Shown piece by piece: positions 39,481-54,127 of a stretch of DNA of 64,000 nt. The stretch spans positions 60,202,001 through 60,266,000 of the forward strand of contig NC_043001.1 of assembly GCF_006345805.1 (NCBI RefSeq). Direction: 5' to 3'. Under the pieces are notes generated by a model that saw nothing but the letters and a program-made list of their open reading frames with translations, made no database searches and had not been told where the DNA came from. Each line of letters opens with the position of its first letter. Within the stretch, counting starts at the first letter, position 1. Position numbers and translations under genes: made by a program. Source of the stretch: Octopus sinensis. Lineage: Eukaryota.

Positions 39481-41968
39481 ACGAATACAAAAATAACCTG
39501 ATGGTGATGTTGAAATTCCAATGAAAGAGCCTTAAATCTAGGCTAAAAACCGGCTCTTTCTTTATTGGCAAATCTTTAAACAATACTGAACTATGCCATA
39601 TATACATATGTACATATGTTTGTGTGTTCGTGTGTGGCACACACACACATACAGACACATGCACACACTTTTTATATATAGTTACGATCATTAGTACGAC
39701 TATTGATTTCCGTCCAGATTCAGCAACACTGCAACTGATGCATCTTAAAACTCACACAAGGAAAAATATAAATATTATTTTTCGCTATTAGAATTATTGC
39801 AATTTGTGAGTGGGGGCGTTTTGAATTTGGGTTACGAATACTTCAAGAAACATATGTAGCAAAATTTCCACAATACCGCGCTCTATTTTATTATTTGATA
39901 TTCAACAGGAGTTGAAAATTAGATACTGGGCCTAGCTTGTGTGAAAGCAATATTTCATATTTAAATATTTATTAAAATTAAATACTGCAATGACAGCAAC
40001 ATTTGCAGCTTTATGACCCATGAGTTGCAAATGTAAATCAGATGACTAACATATTTTGTTATGAAAACAATACTTTGTTATTGCTTTACTTCCTGTATAG
40101 CAGATAAAAACTTAATTGTTTTTTATGCTGATTTCCTCTTCTTTGCAATTGTAATTTTGGAAGTAATATCTTTGAGAAATTTATGCACGCAATTTTGTTA
40201 TTACGGACTAACTTCAGCTCATTGAAATCGATATGCTGATGGGGATGAGGGAGGAGATAAAAAAAGTAGTTAGTCACGTGCATCTGGAATTCATTGTTAA
40301 GCTCACGGGGTCTAATGTTTTACATATTATTTACGTAATAAAGGTAATTGTTGATATGCTTTACTGTACCTCGTATATAAAAGAAGACATTATTTAATTT
40401 CATACACGCAGAACCCCCACATACGAACACACATACACACACAAATAATATAGAGAAACTGAGAATTTTGAAATTAAATTTGGTTCCTTATTTTACTTTC
40501 TTTTTAAATTTAAGGTGGAATATAAATATGTGAAGGTGTTGTACATACGGGTTTTCTAACATGCTTATTGAAAGTGAACGTAGAGCTTATAGAAATTTAT
40601 GTTGTATGCGTTTAGTTAAAATCTCTGGATTATAACCGGGATATACTTCATGAATGATAGCAAATTTACCGATATTGATACGAGACCGAATATTCCACTC
40701 AGTCCCAATTAAGACCACTTTTCTTGGGTTAGCAAGCCATAGATATGTTCAACAAATGCAATTCTGTTTTTTCTTGAGACATTTACTGGAATGTTAAAGA
40801 GCATTACGGAAATATTTTATATCTAAAAATGTCTACCTTCGTATCGCATGTGTGGTCCAAATTTCTTGCATTTATTTACAGGAAAAACCTTTATTGTGGA
40901 AATATTGCAATTCATAGACGTATTTATCTATATAGTTTGCAATGGAAATGACTACTCGAGAGAAGAAAAAACAAGTATTATTCGTATAAATGCTTCAACC
41001 GCCAAACCGTGAAATAGTTAGTATAACATCACAGCTATTCTTTATAGAAATACTTTTGTATTTGTTGAAATTATTTACTACTTTTAAAGCTATTTTAGTA
41101 GCAAGATACTGTGAGTTTCAGAACGAAATCAAAGTGTGAAATTGTTTAGATGACTTTAACACGCATCAATCGAAATATTTCAGTTGGATGAAAGACGATT
41201 CACTGACTATATGAACTTCGCTAATTCGATATTGCGATAATGTGTATATGATAAGGCCCATCAGAAATATTCGTAATTAAAATCAAATACGAATAACCAA
41301 GAGATATAATCACCTGGAATCACTGCCGAACGATCGGCGTAAATGTCTAGAGAGATGTAGTGAAGTACAAGTGTTCAACAGACTATTGCTTGGAATATAT
41401 TGAAGTCACTAACGAAATTTTCATATAACCTATATGCATATGTTTATTCTTAGAATGAAACATATGCACATGACCCAAACTTAATCTTTTCATTACTCAC
41501 TGATTTATGCATTCGAAACTTTTCGTAACGGTGATTATGGATTATCTGTCCTTAGTGAGTGATAATTTCGAAATCAGACATTAGCGTTAATGTTGTATGA
41601 TAAGCTATTGTATTTATAAATCTGGAAATTCGAATTCTGAAATGGGTGTTTAAGTATTTAAATATTTTTTACAATTACTACATGTAGATATAAGTTTTGA
41701 ATGCACAATATATTATCTATCTTCTTTATTATATAATGCATATTGTTACAAACATCTCTCCTGGTTGCATTCGCCTACGAATCAATGTTATTCTACATTT
41801 TTGAAATTAAATTCTGTTTCAACGACACATGATTACACCTAGCATGCCCGTATATTTCAAAGATTATTTCTAGAAATGCAGCATAACATAAAATACAGCA
41901 TATGTGAAGTGGGTGATTAAAATGAATAAAAAACACTTTTTTGTAGTTTTAATTACACCATTTTATTA

Positions 41969-42900
41969 TTACAGTATCAGTTCTCTCAAAGATCGGCTGA
42001 AATTCTGTTTCTCAATGAGTAGTATGTAGGACTGTCCTCTCATATTTCGTTGAATCTTTAGGGAAATGTATGTAATTTTCCATCGATACTGTTCACCTAA
42101 CTTTAGGTAATCAAGTTTGGATTCCTGCAAAAATTTGATAAAACTATCTAAATTATCTTCCGTGACAACGAAAAACGTGTGCATCGTTATGACACCTATA
42201 CGAATGAACAGGCAAATCACACCTTACGATCTTAAAAAAATCGATGTTTCATTGAGTTATATTGTTCCTGATATTCAATGTCTGGTCGAACTGAATGATT
42301 ATAATACCTCCGATTACTTTGCGCCAGACACACACAAATAAAAACACTAACAATCAACTTAATTATATCAATTGTAGTCGGATTCACTATAGAATTCTAC
42401 GCCGACTGCACAAGAACAGAAATTTGCTTATACCACTTTTATGAAATATTGGTTTTTTTGATGCGATAAGATATTAGATCTTATGCGATTATATGAATTT
42501 GGTAAAAGCAATACATAACAAGAAATATATTAATTGTCTCTGATGCAAAAGATAAACTTCTGTCTAGTATGATTTTATTCAACTGTTTTATGTGATAGTA
42601 TTCAAAAATTTCTTCCAGAAAACAATGTGATGAAGAATAAAAACATTCATCCGATTAGATTTTGAAATACGTTGAAATATTTGTTGGCTATATGCTAAGA
42701 TTGTACGTGTGATACGAAAAGTAATTAGTTAGTCATAATTACGAAAAGATCGTTATTAAAAAAAAGTGTAGACTGGAATCTCTTGAGCACATATTTGTTT
42801 TAGAAATTTAAGAAATTCCATAAAGATAAAATTACGCTTTGTTTCAATTTTTAAAAATCCCTGATGTTTAACTGCTCTGTGTGAAATATTATTTGCATCA
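41969..42900 (-). pseudogene. Possible decayed ionotropic-glutamate-receptor-type amino-terminal domain fragment (tentative)
   Basis: FLKQICAQEIPVYTFF (~42790), EYYHIKQLNKIILDRSLS (~42550-42603) and YRWKIT (~42085) resemble AMPA-type ATD motifs in order. Multiple stops and frameshifts. Confidence 0.25.
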
Positions 42901-43057
42901 TCATGAAGTTAATAGGTCTTTTTGTAAAAATAATTACACGAGGAAAATGACGTGACATATTATGTTCTATAGGATTTAAAGACACTTGACGATAAGTAGG
43001 AAAATAAATTAAGCGGATTATACAAATTAAATACATTATTCGAGTAAACAATTACGA

Positions 43058-43129
<72 letters not shown>

Positions 43130-44130
43130 CAATCAATGGTAGTTCTGGAAGAAATAATAGAGGATCGTTTTAAATTAATAATTTAATATCGTCTGTCATG
43201 TATGTGCTACTGTATCGCCACTCTTGGATAAATATTATATTACTAAATGGTGGAATGTTTGTTTAGCTGAGTGTATTGAAATGTTTGTTTCTTATCAATG
43301 AATTCTAAACAAGGCAAATATTGTTTCATGCATAAAATAAAAGTAATAATAAAGAGCCTCTATGACTTCGTTCGACAAAGCTGAGATTGACAACCAAATC
43401 TCTCAGAAATGAAACCTAGCTTTTCTTTTCTTGAGGAAGAAATCACTCTGTTACATTAAAACACATCACAGGTCACGACTGAATCAAGGCGAATATTAGC
43501 CTAGTTATAACAAAATAATTGTTTCTAATTTATACGCAATGAACGGTAGCAGCGTCGATGTGACAGTATTTCTTTATATCAGCAGATATAGCGATGAACA
43601 AGCATTTGGTTTTGGATGAAAAGCCTCTTGGGATGAAAAGCAAAGCTTGCTCTGGTTGGGTTTGAAATCAGAAGGGAAAGAGCCTGAAGAAATACAGCAA
43701 GTTATTTTATTTTTCCCATTGCTTTAAGGATTTATACAACAAGAAAAGAAATAGAGGAAAAACGTAGTAACTGTCTATCGAGAACATATACAGTTATTAA
43801 TTTTACATGATGGAAGGCCTTAAAACAGCTCCTAACAAAATAATTTAAAATCGCTAAGTGAAAAGATTCGCATGAGAGTTTACTTTAATATACTATATAA
43901 ATTAATTTGAAAATTCTATTTTATATGAATTATCAATGTGAGCTACAAGTTTTTGTTTAATAAATAAGTAGTATTTTTATTAATCACATCAATTTTTCTA
44001 AAGGAAAGTAATACTACAATCTGTTTTGAGCGCATTGCTAAAAAAATTTTGATAGCAGAGAATTGAATGTGTATTTTCCAAACAGCACACTGGTTGGTTA
44101 ATCTTGTGATTAATTTATGCATTTTGTATT

Positions 44131-44235
<105 letters not shown>

Positions 44236-45304
44236 TTATTTGTCGCTTGTTCATTACTCTTCATAAATGAGGAGAAAAACAAGGACTAACATTATTTCAT
44301 TACGACAAATGGAGGAGAGATGTGCTGGATATATTGTACGACATGGTAAACCGCTGCAGCTCCCTTTGCTCAACCGGGGCTACAACAGCAGATACTTGCG
44401 CAAAGTGCCGTGCTATGTGGATTGTATACTAAATCATATAGCAGCAAATGTAATGTGTTAGAGCAATAACAGTGCAAAATTATAGCATCATTTTGTGAAA
44501 CATACATTGTACAATGATGTATATTCTTCAAAATATAATGATTGTAATAATTATCACAGCATTGTATACTGATTACGTAATTTAATATTGGACTTTGAAT
44601 AGCCACGTAGTTGACGGATAAAATGTGTTCAAACAGTGTAAAAAATATTGTCAATTTTCTTCACCTATAATTGGTTCAGTGATATACACAACATTGAATA
44701 TATTAACACTGGCTTAGCTACTGTTCATCGGTGAATGAGTTAGTTAATATTTTCCTATTTCATTGTCCTTTACTATTTTATTTCTGCTTTATTGTATTGT
44801 CATATTTTGTTTCAAAATTTTACTTCTCCCATTTCTTAGTATTTCTAGCAATTTCCATTCCCACTTATGCACGCCTTTTCTCTTTCATTTTCATCTTTCA
44901 GATTACATTTGAAATTCACATCGACATTATTTTCTTCTTAGCTCTTCTGCCAACGCTTATTTCTGTACAAGTTTCACTCCCGTAGATTTTGTATTGTTTC
45001 TATTTATCGTTACGGGCCCTCCTACTCCACTTCATCATCATCATCCTCATCATCCTCATCCTTATCATCATCATCATCAACATCATCATCATAATCACCC
45101 TCCTCCTCATCATCATCATCAACATGGCCTCCTCTTTTGAAAATGGAATGTACTGATATGCTGAATGGGCTGAATATGTGTGCAATGACGCTGATATAGT
45201 CGTTGGAAACATGTGATATCAAATTCAGTAAAGCAAACTATATAATACAATATCATGAACATACACTGTCATGTATGCGTGCTTTTAACCGATATAATAT
45301 ATAT

Positions 45305-45356
<52 letters not shown>

Positions 45357-45521
45357 GGCGCAGGAGTGGTTGTGTGGTAAGTAGCTCGCTAACCAGCCAT
45401 ATGGTTCCGGGTTCAGTCCCATTGCGTGGCACCTTGGACAAGTGTCTTCTACTATAGCCTCGGGCCGACCAAAGCCTTGTGAGTGGATTTGGTAGACGGA
45501 AACTGAAAGAAGCCTGTCGTA

Positions 45522-45564
<43 letters not shown>

Positions 45565-45774
45565 TTGTGTGTCTGTGTTTGTCCCACTAGCATTGCTTGA
45601 CAACCGATGCTGGTGTGTTTACGTCCCCGTCACTTAGCGGTTCGGCAAAAGAGACCGATAGAATAAGTACTGGGCTTACAAAGAATAAGTCCCGGGGTCG
45701 ATTTGTTCGACTAAAGGCGGTGCTCCAGCATGGTCGCAGTCAAATGACTGAAACATGTAAAAGAGTAAAAGAGT
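45357..45774 (+). mobile_element. Full-length CORE-type tRNA SINE
   Basis: tRNA-like head (TGTGTGGTAAG...GGTTCAGTCCC), CORE-like GTGGCACCTTGGACAAGTGTCTT, central TA/GT microsatellite and (AAAAGAGT)n tail. Confidence 0.9.
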
Positions 45775-45948
45775 ATATGCATGCAAAGAAACACAGGTTC
45801 CCTTATCTATAAGCGTACGCGTGTATTCTTATACTATGTGTATAACCATAGACATTGAATAGTATTTACCTAATATATACAGTTAGGCGTGTGCACACAC
45901 ACATACACGCTCGCAACCACATGCATATATATATATACATATATATAT

Positions 45949-46009
<61 letters not shown>

Positions 46010-46117
46010 ATAATATATATATACACACATATATATATATATACATATAAGTATATATGTATATGTATATGTATGTATATATATATATATATTATATATA
46101 TATATATATATTATATA

Positions 46118-46148
<31 letters not shown>

Positions 46149-47439
46149 CATACGCATGTTTTTTTTTAATTGATGATATCGTTTGGCTAAGTGAAACAAA
46201 TTATTTCAATATAATATGTTCTCTGAAAGAATTTCTATAGAAGGCAGAGCCAGCAAAGTGCAGGATATCCGTTATGTTGATCTGGGTTAACGCAAGTCAC
46301 CCATAGATTTATCAACTTGACATGGCCTTCTACAATCTCAATGTTTGATCCTAATCGGTCATGTCATGCCCAATTATCCGTAATTATTCTACAGCTAACT
46401 CCAGAAAATGCAAATCGTTACAAGATACAATTCAATAGGGATGTTAACAAAATGATTTCAATGTTTTTACACAGAGTGACGATGTTAATTTAGGATGATA
46501 CAAATGGGAATTTCGCGATTCAGAGCAACGTTAAAATCGCTTCATATATTGTGGATAATTGTCTGAAAATATTACATCAAGTAATTACAAGGAACCCATG
46601 AGGCGGCTGACGTAATACTGAGTGGCTAGCGATAATGTTAACTAGAAATCTTGAAAGAAAGTTTCGACAGTGATGGATTTTAGTGAGGGGATATTTATTT
46701 GAAAAACAACCATGTGAATTGTAAGGTTCATTATTTACAAGGATCGACCAACGTTTATAGAGCTTTGGTTAAAATACTTTCTCCTGTAGAGTGGCCGTCA
46801 AGCGTAAATATATTTCCTTATGATTTCAGGAACTTATTGCACCTCAGTTAGCCATTACTAAGAAGAGAACATTGAAAATCAGCGTAAATTCATAACTCAA
46901 TATCACATCAAAGACGATACAAGTGACAGAATAAATGAATTATATATCTACATGAATTAGTAACAGCCCATTTAACTATACATGTGTATGCCTGTATGTA
47001 TATACACACAGACACATACAGACACACGTACACACACATACACATATGCACACACAATTCCTACGTATATATACACACACACATACACACACATATATAG
47101 ATCTTTATAGAATATTCACAAAGACGGTCATTCACGCACACACATATTTGACAAATATCTACTGCCAATATAGAGTGAGATAAATGAGTTTATGTAGACT
47201 GCCAAGTGTTACATTGCAATACCTATTCACGTGCGTTATATTTAAAATACCCGAATGGAAAATAAGTATCAATAATTAATGCCCACTCCTGAAACACATT
47301 CTAGCTTCATCCCTTACGCTTATGCACATGCGGCATACATACGTACATACATATTGAATTACATACATACATAGACACCTACCTACATACATACATACAT
47401 ACTACATACATACATACATACATACATACATACATACAT

Positions 47440-47472
<33 letters not shown>

Positions 47473-47689
47473 AGGTGTGATAAATGAAGGGCAGGCTGTG
47501 CTGAACAGCTCTTTCTCAATTAATCTGTCATTGAGGAAGCCACGCAGTACCACCGTAATCTCTTAACAAGAAAGCGTTGAACTCTGTGTGAGATCCTTGG
47601 TACAGTTGGGTATATTTGACAAAAGAAAAAGAATGACTTCTCTGGTAGTTCTCATCAGTTTAATGTATCATTAAAAAAAATTAATAATA

Positions 47690-48925
47690 CAAATCGTTGA
47701 ACTCTGTGCCTCTCTCTTGTATGATAGAATTAATACACCTTGCCAAAGTACCAGCCGCTATACTGAATACCATAGAAAGAATGAACACAACATGGTCCTC
47801 ACTCTTAGCACTGACAACTACTAATGTAACGCCTATTGTACAAGCGGAACAACAGGCATATTCCACGGTGACAATGTTTCTGTAACGTTTGTGCTAGCAG
47901 TGAACGCGTTCTCACCTTGTTAACAAAATAGCAAGACCACATGTTGATATATGCAGAAAAGAATAACATTAATGTCACCCCGACCTTCTTTGTTGATGAG
48001 CTAAAGTGATATTCTTGTAACATAAAAAAAACATTGATAGACAATTACAAGTTACAACATTCTCATGAAAGATAGGAGTGAAATTTGGACAAGATAAACG
48101 CTCATGATAGCCGAAGAAAGTCTGTCAAGCATTCTGAGAACATGTACGTCAATGGCTTGTGTATCTCCCCTATTTTTAATGAAGGAAGCTACAAGACTCT
48201 CGGAATCAATGAGAATATTGCCTATATAGGTGATGTTGCTAAAACCAGAATAACAAAAGTATACTTCTGTAAGCTCCAGAAAATACAGAACATAATGCTG
48301 TCTGCATTGAACAAGAACATATGTCACAATGCCTTTGCAGTACCAACACATTTGGGATATTGTACTGGAGACTTGACGAGATCCGCAGCCTGGACGTCAA
48401 AACAGGAAAGGTAATGTTCACTACTGACACCTTCGACTTTAGCAGTGACATTGATAGGTTCTATACGAGACTGACTGACGGCGTTAGAGGCGTAACGTCA
48501 CTCCAAACAATGTTTGAATGTCATGTTGTATCAATCAGACAACACTTGCAGAGCAGTAAAGAAAGGGATGAGTACATTGTATGCAACAATAAAATGAGAT
48601 CAACAATAACTACAGAGTTAAAGAGGAACTACCGTGCAGGTATTCTGAGAATACAACTGTCTCATGCGACCCAAAGGAAGTTGCACTAGCCTACCTAAGC
48701 AGAAGCATAGAGGAGAAGCAGGCATCATTCAAGCCAAAAGTAATGGTTGAATTCATGTATTAAAGGATAACAACATTGAAAGGAATAGTGCTCTCTCCTG
48801 GTACTGTGATAGATACTTTGCGTCTCACCTAAAAGGATATGCATTCACTATCCATGAACAGGCGACAGCTACTAAATATCGGATGAACAAAAGAGAAACA
48901 AAACGCATCAATAAGACATTTTAAG
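47690..48925 (+). mobile_element. Decayed R4/Dong-like LINE fragment
   Basis: NSVPLSCMIELIHLAKVPAAILNTIERMNTTW (RT region) and FGILYWRLDEIRSLDVKTGKVM (post-RT region). Confidence 0.7.
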
Positions 48926-49169
48926 CGAATGTGATTACTGCATATATGATGAAGGGAACACTGGTAACTTATACTTTTTAAAGGAAAAGGTTAACAGGTA
49001 TAACGTGAAAGGCAATTTATAGAAAGTAGAAGAAGGAGGAAGTAAGAAATTAGCAGAAAATTAAAAGTGGCGAAACATAGTGCGATAGGTGAATAAGATT
49101 AAAGGCGTGGAAATAGATATATTTATTGGAAGTGAAATATAAGAAGATAGTTAAAGGACGAATATTATA

Positions 49170-50250
49170 GACTGGTAGTAATCACTTATAGGAATGAAAG
49201 GTATGTTTTTGCCAATTTTTACTACGATAAATACGTTCTTTAAGCGTGTTTGCAAGAGGGTTCCCTGAGAAGAGATTTTGCAGAGCGAAAAAAAGAAAGA
49301 TTTACCTTTATCAGTAGGAAAGTCTCTAGATAGAATATTCCATTCCTAATCAAATTGTTTATTACGTTCCTTTAGAGACCAAATAAATTTACAAAGCCCG
49401 CTATTGTTTCCATTATTGATATGTCTAAATGCAGATAAATGGTTTGCTATTCTTTTGGACGACTGAGATGAAGAACTAGCTATATATAAAAAAGATGTCA
49501 GAAATGGATGCAATTTTTATATTTATAGAGTTTCTAGTCTTAGAATAATGGCTAAGGAAACGAATATGATTGGAATTTATATCAGAAATACTAATATTGT
49601 TGCTAGCATTGTTCAAAGAATGGTTAGTGTTAATAATACCATTGTTATTAATTTCATTAAGTGGATTTGTATTTAACAAATTATTGTTATGCGAAGAGTT
49701 TATTTGTGAAATGTTTTTGGTGTTTAAAAACCCCATCCTGATTCGGTGTGACTTGATAATGGAATATTATCTCGAATTTTTGGGGAAAATCTTATGAATA
49801 GCTTCACGAAACTGGTAAGGGAGGTTGGATTTGATCTGCTTACCATATGGAATTATCAGCCAAACTGTTTTGCTAGGACATAACTTGTTATTAGGCTAAT
49901 TATTTTAAAGTCCAAGATGTACTTTTATAACGAAAGTAGGATCATACGCTGCAGAATTATATTTCTTGATTTAGTATTGTTCTTCGAACTAAAATTTACA
50001 TTATCATTACCGTTATGACTTAATTTCATGCCCTGATTAATAAAGGCGGACTTTATGTCAATAGAATTAATGTAGGTATTTTTATAGCCTGCTTTACGTA
50101 AGGTAGAGTTATAAAATTCGGCTTTATCGTTGAAGATATCAACATTGGCAGAAAATCTAGAAAGTCTAAGTGAAATATTCCTAACTAAATTCCTTGTAAT
50201 ATGTCGGAAGTATAAAGATTTGAATAACACCTGCGTTTAACTCCATTGTT
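49170..50250 (-). mobile_element. Penelope-like element coding remnant (thumb to GIY-YIG)
   Basis: RNISLRLSRFSANVDIFNDKAEFYNSTLRKAGY, IPYGKQIKSNL...IHKIFP and RIANHLSAFRH...SGLCKFIWSLKE...EWNILSR. Confidence 0.8.
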
Positions 50251-50269
50251 TACGCATATACATACATAA

Positions 50270-50317
<48 letters not shown>

Positions 50318-50319
50318 AA

Positions 50320-50390
<71 letters not shown>

Positions 50391-50497
50391 CATAGATATA
50401 CTGGAGTAAGCACATGAATGTGAAAAGGTGGAAAAAAGAGTACTCAAATACCAGAGGTTGAGTAATATGCTTTATTCAAAAGCAGCAGAAATATAAC

Positions 50498-50850
50498 AAA
50501 AGTTGTTACCAAGAGTTTCACATTTCAGTTTTTTTTACAATAGAACAAAAATAAAGATATGTTCAAAAACTAGTTAACGGATGCACCTTTAAAAATGGAT
50601 TTGTTTCATTGGTCCTTTCAATTAACCGTCTTAAGCATACAATGAACAAAATAAACAAAATAAATGAATTCAATATAAATTCAGCCCATTATAAAAATCG
50701 AAGAAAACCTTAAATCGAAGAGTGGATTCAAAATTATCATTTTAAATAATTATATACGAAATATAATTCAATTAATACATTAAAATTAAAATTAAAACTT
50801 TCACGCTGCATTACATAAATATTTTACAATACGCATGCCAGACCATCCAT

Positions 50851-50893
<43 letters not shown>

Positions 50894-52140
50894 ATATAAT
50901 ATATATATACATCAAAATACACATATGCATGCACACAGACTACATACACAGGCATATATACGAACATCTCTTGCTGTATACATATAGAAGTTACAAGAGA
51001 TAAGGTAGATGAGAAGTATATTTTAAATGTCGGGAGGGGGAAAGAAAAAGGAAAGGTAAGATAAATGTCGCTATAGAAGTAACGAATAAAGAGAGAAAGG
51101 ATGTTTCTCGTAAGGAAAGAAAAAGTATGAAAGATAGATAGATAGGTAACAAACGTACACAATATAAAGTTACGTATATATGTGTATACAAAAGTGTATA
51201 TTAGCATAAATACAACATATAAGATCTCATATGTAACTATATGGAAATATGCACGTAAATACACATCCACACAAATAGCGTATACCTGCACATATATACA
51301 TCATGTATATATGTGTACAAGTATAAATATACACGCTTATTTGCACATATACATAGACTCACACATACGAATACATAGGTATGCCAACAACACAGACATC
51401 CACATAAAAACATATCTAGGTCCTGACGTATATATAGAAACGACTTTTTAAAAACTGGCTGAGTATATAATAATAAAATTCGGATAAAAGGCATGCAAAA
51501 TAGAACACCCTATATTGAATTATCTATAAATTAAACTATTGAATGGGTTTATAAAATACAATACAATGAAATAAAAAAAAAAAAGAATATGAAACTTGAG
51601 GATAATATATATGCATATAACAGTCGAAGGTTTTCTTAAGAAATATGTCGGAATATATACAATATCTTTGTGATGCGAAATAAATCATTATATTTTACGA
51701 TATAAATCCAACAGTGTGATTAAAAACTATTTCAAGAATCAAAAAATATATGCTATCTATATGGTAGATTGTTATATATACTATGCATATGGCATATTGT
51801 TAGCCGATATATTGTTAGCACCCTTTCTCTCTCTCTATTCGTTATTTGTACAGCGACATTTATCAATGCGTTCCCCTTCTCTCACTTAACCCTTTCCCTC
51901 GCCAAATGTTACGCTTAAGATCTTTCTTTTCCTTTTTATTTTCCCCTCCCGACATTTAAAATATACTGCTCATCTAGCTTGTTTCTTGTAACTTCTATAT
52001 GTATACAGCAAAAGATGTTCATATGCGAGCATGGCTGTGTGCATATATGTACATGTGTATATGTGTATTTGTGCGTATATTTTTATGTCTTACATATATA
52101 TGCCTGTGTATTTGGTCTGTGTGCATGCATATGTGTATTT

Positions 52141-52195
<55 letters not shown>

Positions 52196-52573
52196 TATAT
52201 ATATATATTATAGATGGTGTAGTATGCGTATTGTAAAATATTTATGTAATACAGCGTGAAAATTTTAACTTTAATTTTAATGTATTAATTGAATTATATT
52301 TCGTATATTATTATTTACAATAAGTATTTTGAATCCACTCTTCGATTTAAGGTTTTCTTCGATTTTCATAATGGGCTGAATTTATATTGAATTCATTTAT
52401 TTTGTTTATTTTGTTCATTGCATGCTGAAGACCGTTAATTGATAGGAGCAAAGAAACAAATCCATTTTAAAGGCGTATCCGTTAACTAGTTTTTGATCAT
52501 ATCTTTATTTCTGTTCTATTTTAACAAAACTCTCCGACGAACGGGAACGGGAAACTCTGAGAAACAGCTTTTG
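50498..52573. repeat. ~2.1-kb inverted duplication (arms ~600-750 bp) of PLE pLTR-like sequence, upstream of the PLE remnant
   Basis: 50498-51110 is the reverse complement of 51822-52573 with indels; each arm ends in a damaged hammerhead-like motif. Confidence 0.85.
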
Positions 52574-52828
52574 CCGGATCTTTTCAATTATGAAGCCAGT
52601 TTTTTCAAATTTTTCGTACTGAACCAAACAATTTGAAACTTCTTATACTGTTAGAATGTGTCAAAAGTAAACTTAATTGTAAACCAGAATGAAAACGGAA
52701 TTGTAACTTCTAAGATTAACGTTGTTTAATAATTAGAATTTTAACCAATGATATTCCGTCATTCGGCTTTATTTTACTCCGTCTCGACCACCAATTTGGT
52801 GACGTATTAAACATCTTAAATGTAAACA

Positions 52829-52930
52829 AAGCAGAAACGTTAGCACGCCGGGCGAAATGCGTAGCCGTATTTCGTCTGCCGTTACGTTCTGAGTTCAAAT
52901 TCCGCCGAGGTCGATTTTGCCTTTCATCAC
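52829..52930 (+). mobile_element. 5' part of tRNA-derived SINE (second family)
   Basis: GCAGAAACGTTAGCACGCCGGGCGAAATGC...GAGTTCAAATTCCGCCGAGG. Confidence 0.75.
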
Positions 52931-52934
52931 ACAG

Positions 52935-52965
<31 letters not shown>

Positions 52966-53004
52966 CACACACGCATATATAATTATACATACATTACACG
53001 CGCG

Positions 53005-53041
<37 letters not shown>

Positions 53042-53176
53042 GTGTATATATATATATATATCATCAGTTTAATTATATAAGGCTCACACATTTTAGATAT
53101 TTAATACATCCACACGAATATATGTGTTTATTTATTTCATAAATATTTACATACATATATAAACATACATATATAC

Positions 53177-53259
<83 letters not shown>

Positions 53260-53999
53260 GAAAAGGACAGACAGACAGACAGACAGAAAAAAGGAGGACG
53301 TTTTATTTCAATGAGTTCAAGCAAGATAAATGTAATATAGTAAGAGAAGGGGAGGCAGACAGACTTACAAAGAGAGAGCAGACTACGTCACAAAACTGCT
53401 TTCAACTTCACACTAACAGATCGCAGTAACGTTTTAGATATGAAAACAAGCAATCTCATTGGTTAAAATTCGCAGTTTTAATCTACGATTAAAGTCATAA
53501 AATAGATTTTTCTCAAATAAACTAGTTCCAACTGGCGAATAAACTAGTTCCACTCTATGAGTACACGAAGTTTCAAATTATTTAGTTAACTAGAAAGATC
53601 TGGGGTCCTGGCCACGATATTGAAAAGATCCCTTTTGCCATTTCTGCTGCTTTTAAATAAAGTATATATATATATATATATAAAGAGTATATAATTTTTT
53701 AATTAAAATTATAAGGGCAGCTATATTATAATGCTACGGGCTGGAAGAAGATTTCAAATGTCTCTAAAACTACCTTATTTATCACGTTTAAAAAAAAAAA
53801 TTGTGCTTCTTTATCTCACATTCAGTCCGTGTCTATGTGATAAATAACATAGTCATTTGCCATCTTCGTATAACATGTGAAACTACCATGTAGTTGCCTT
53901 CATAATTTTTGTAAAAATGATATACTCTGTATTAATTTATACCTAAAATGTTTTGCATATTAGCTACCTGATAAAGTCTCATATAGATTTTATTCTTGA

Positions 54000-54013
54000 T
54001 TATAATAATAATG

Positions 54014-54096
<83 letters not shown>

Positions 54097-54127
54097 TATA
54101 AAAAATAATAATAATAATAATAATAAT
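54000..54127. repeat. (AAT)n microsatellite
   Basis: Direct reading. Confidence 0.95.

Noticed and set aside
44280-44460. Small GC-richer island with an open frame (YDKWRRDVLDILYDMVNRC...)
   Set aside because: No recognisable domain or convincing splice boundaries.
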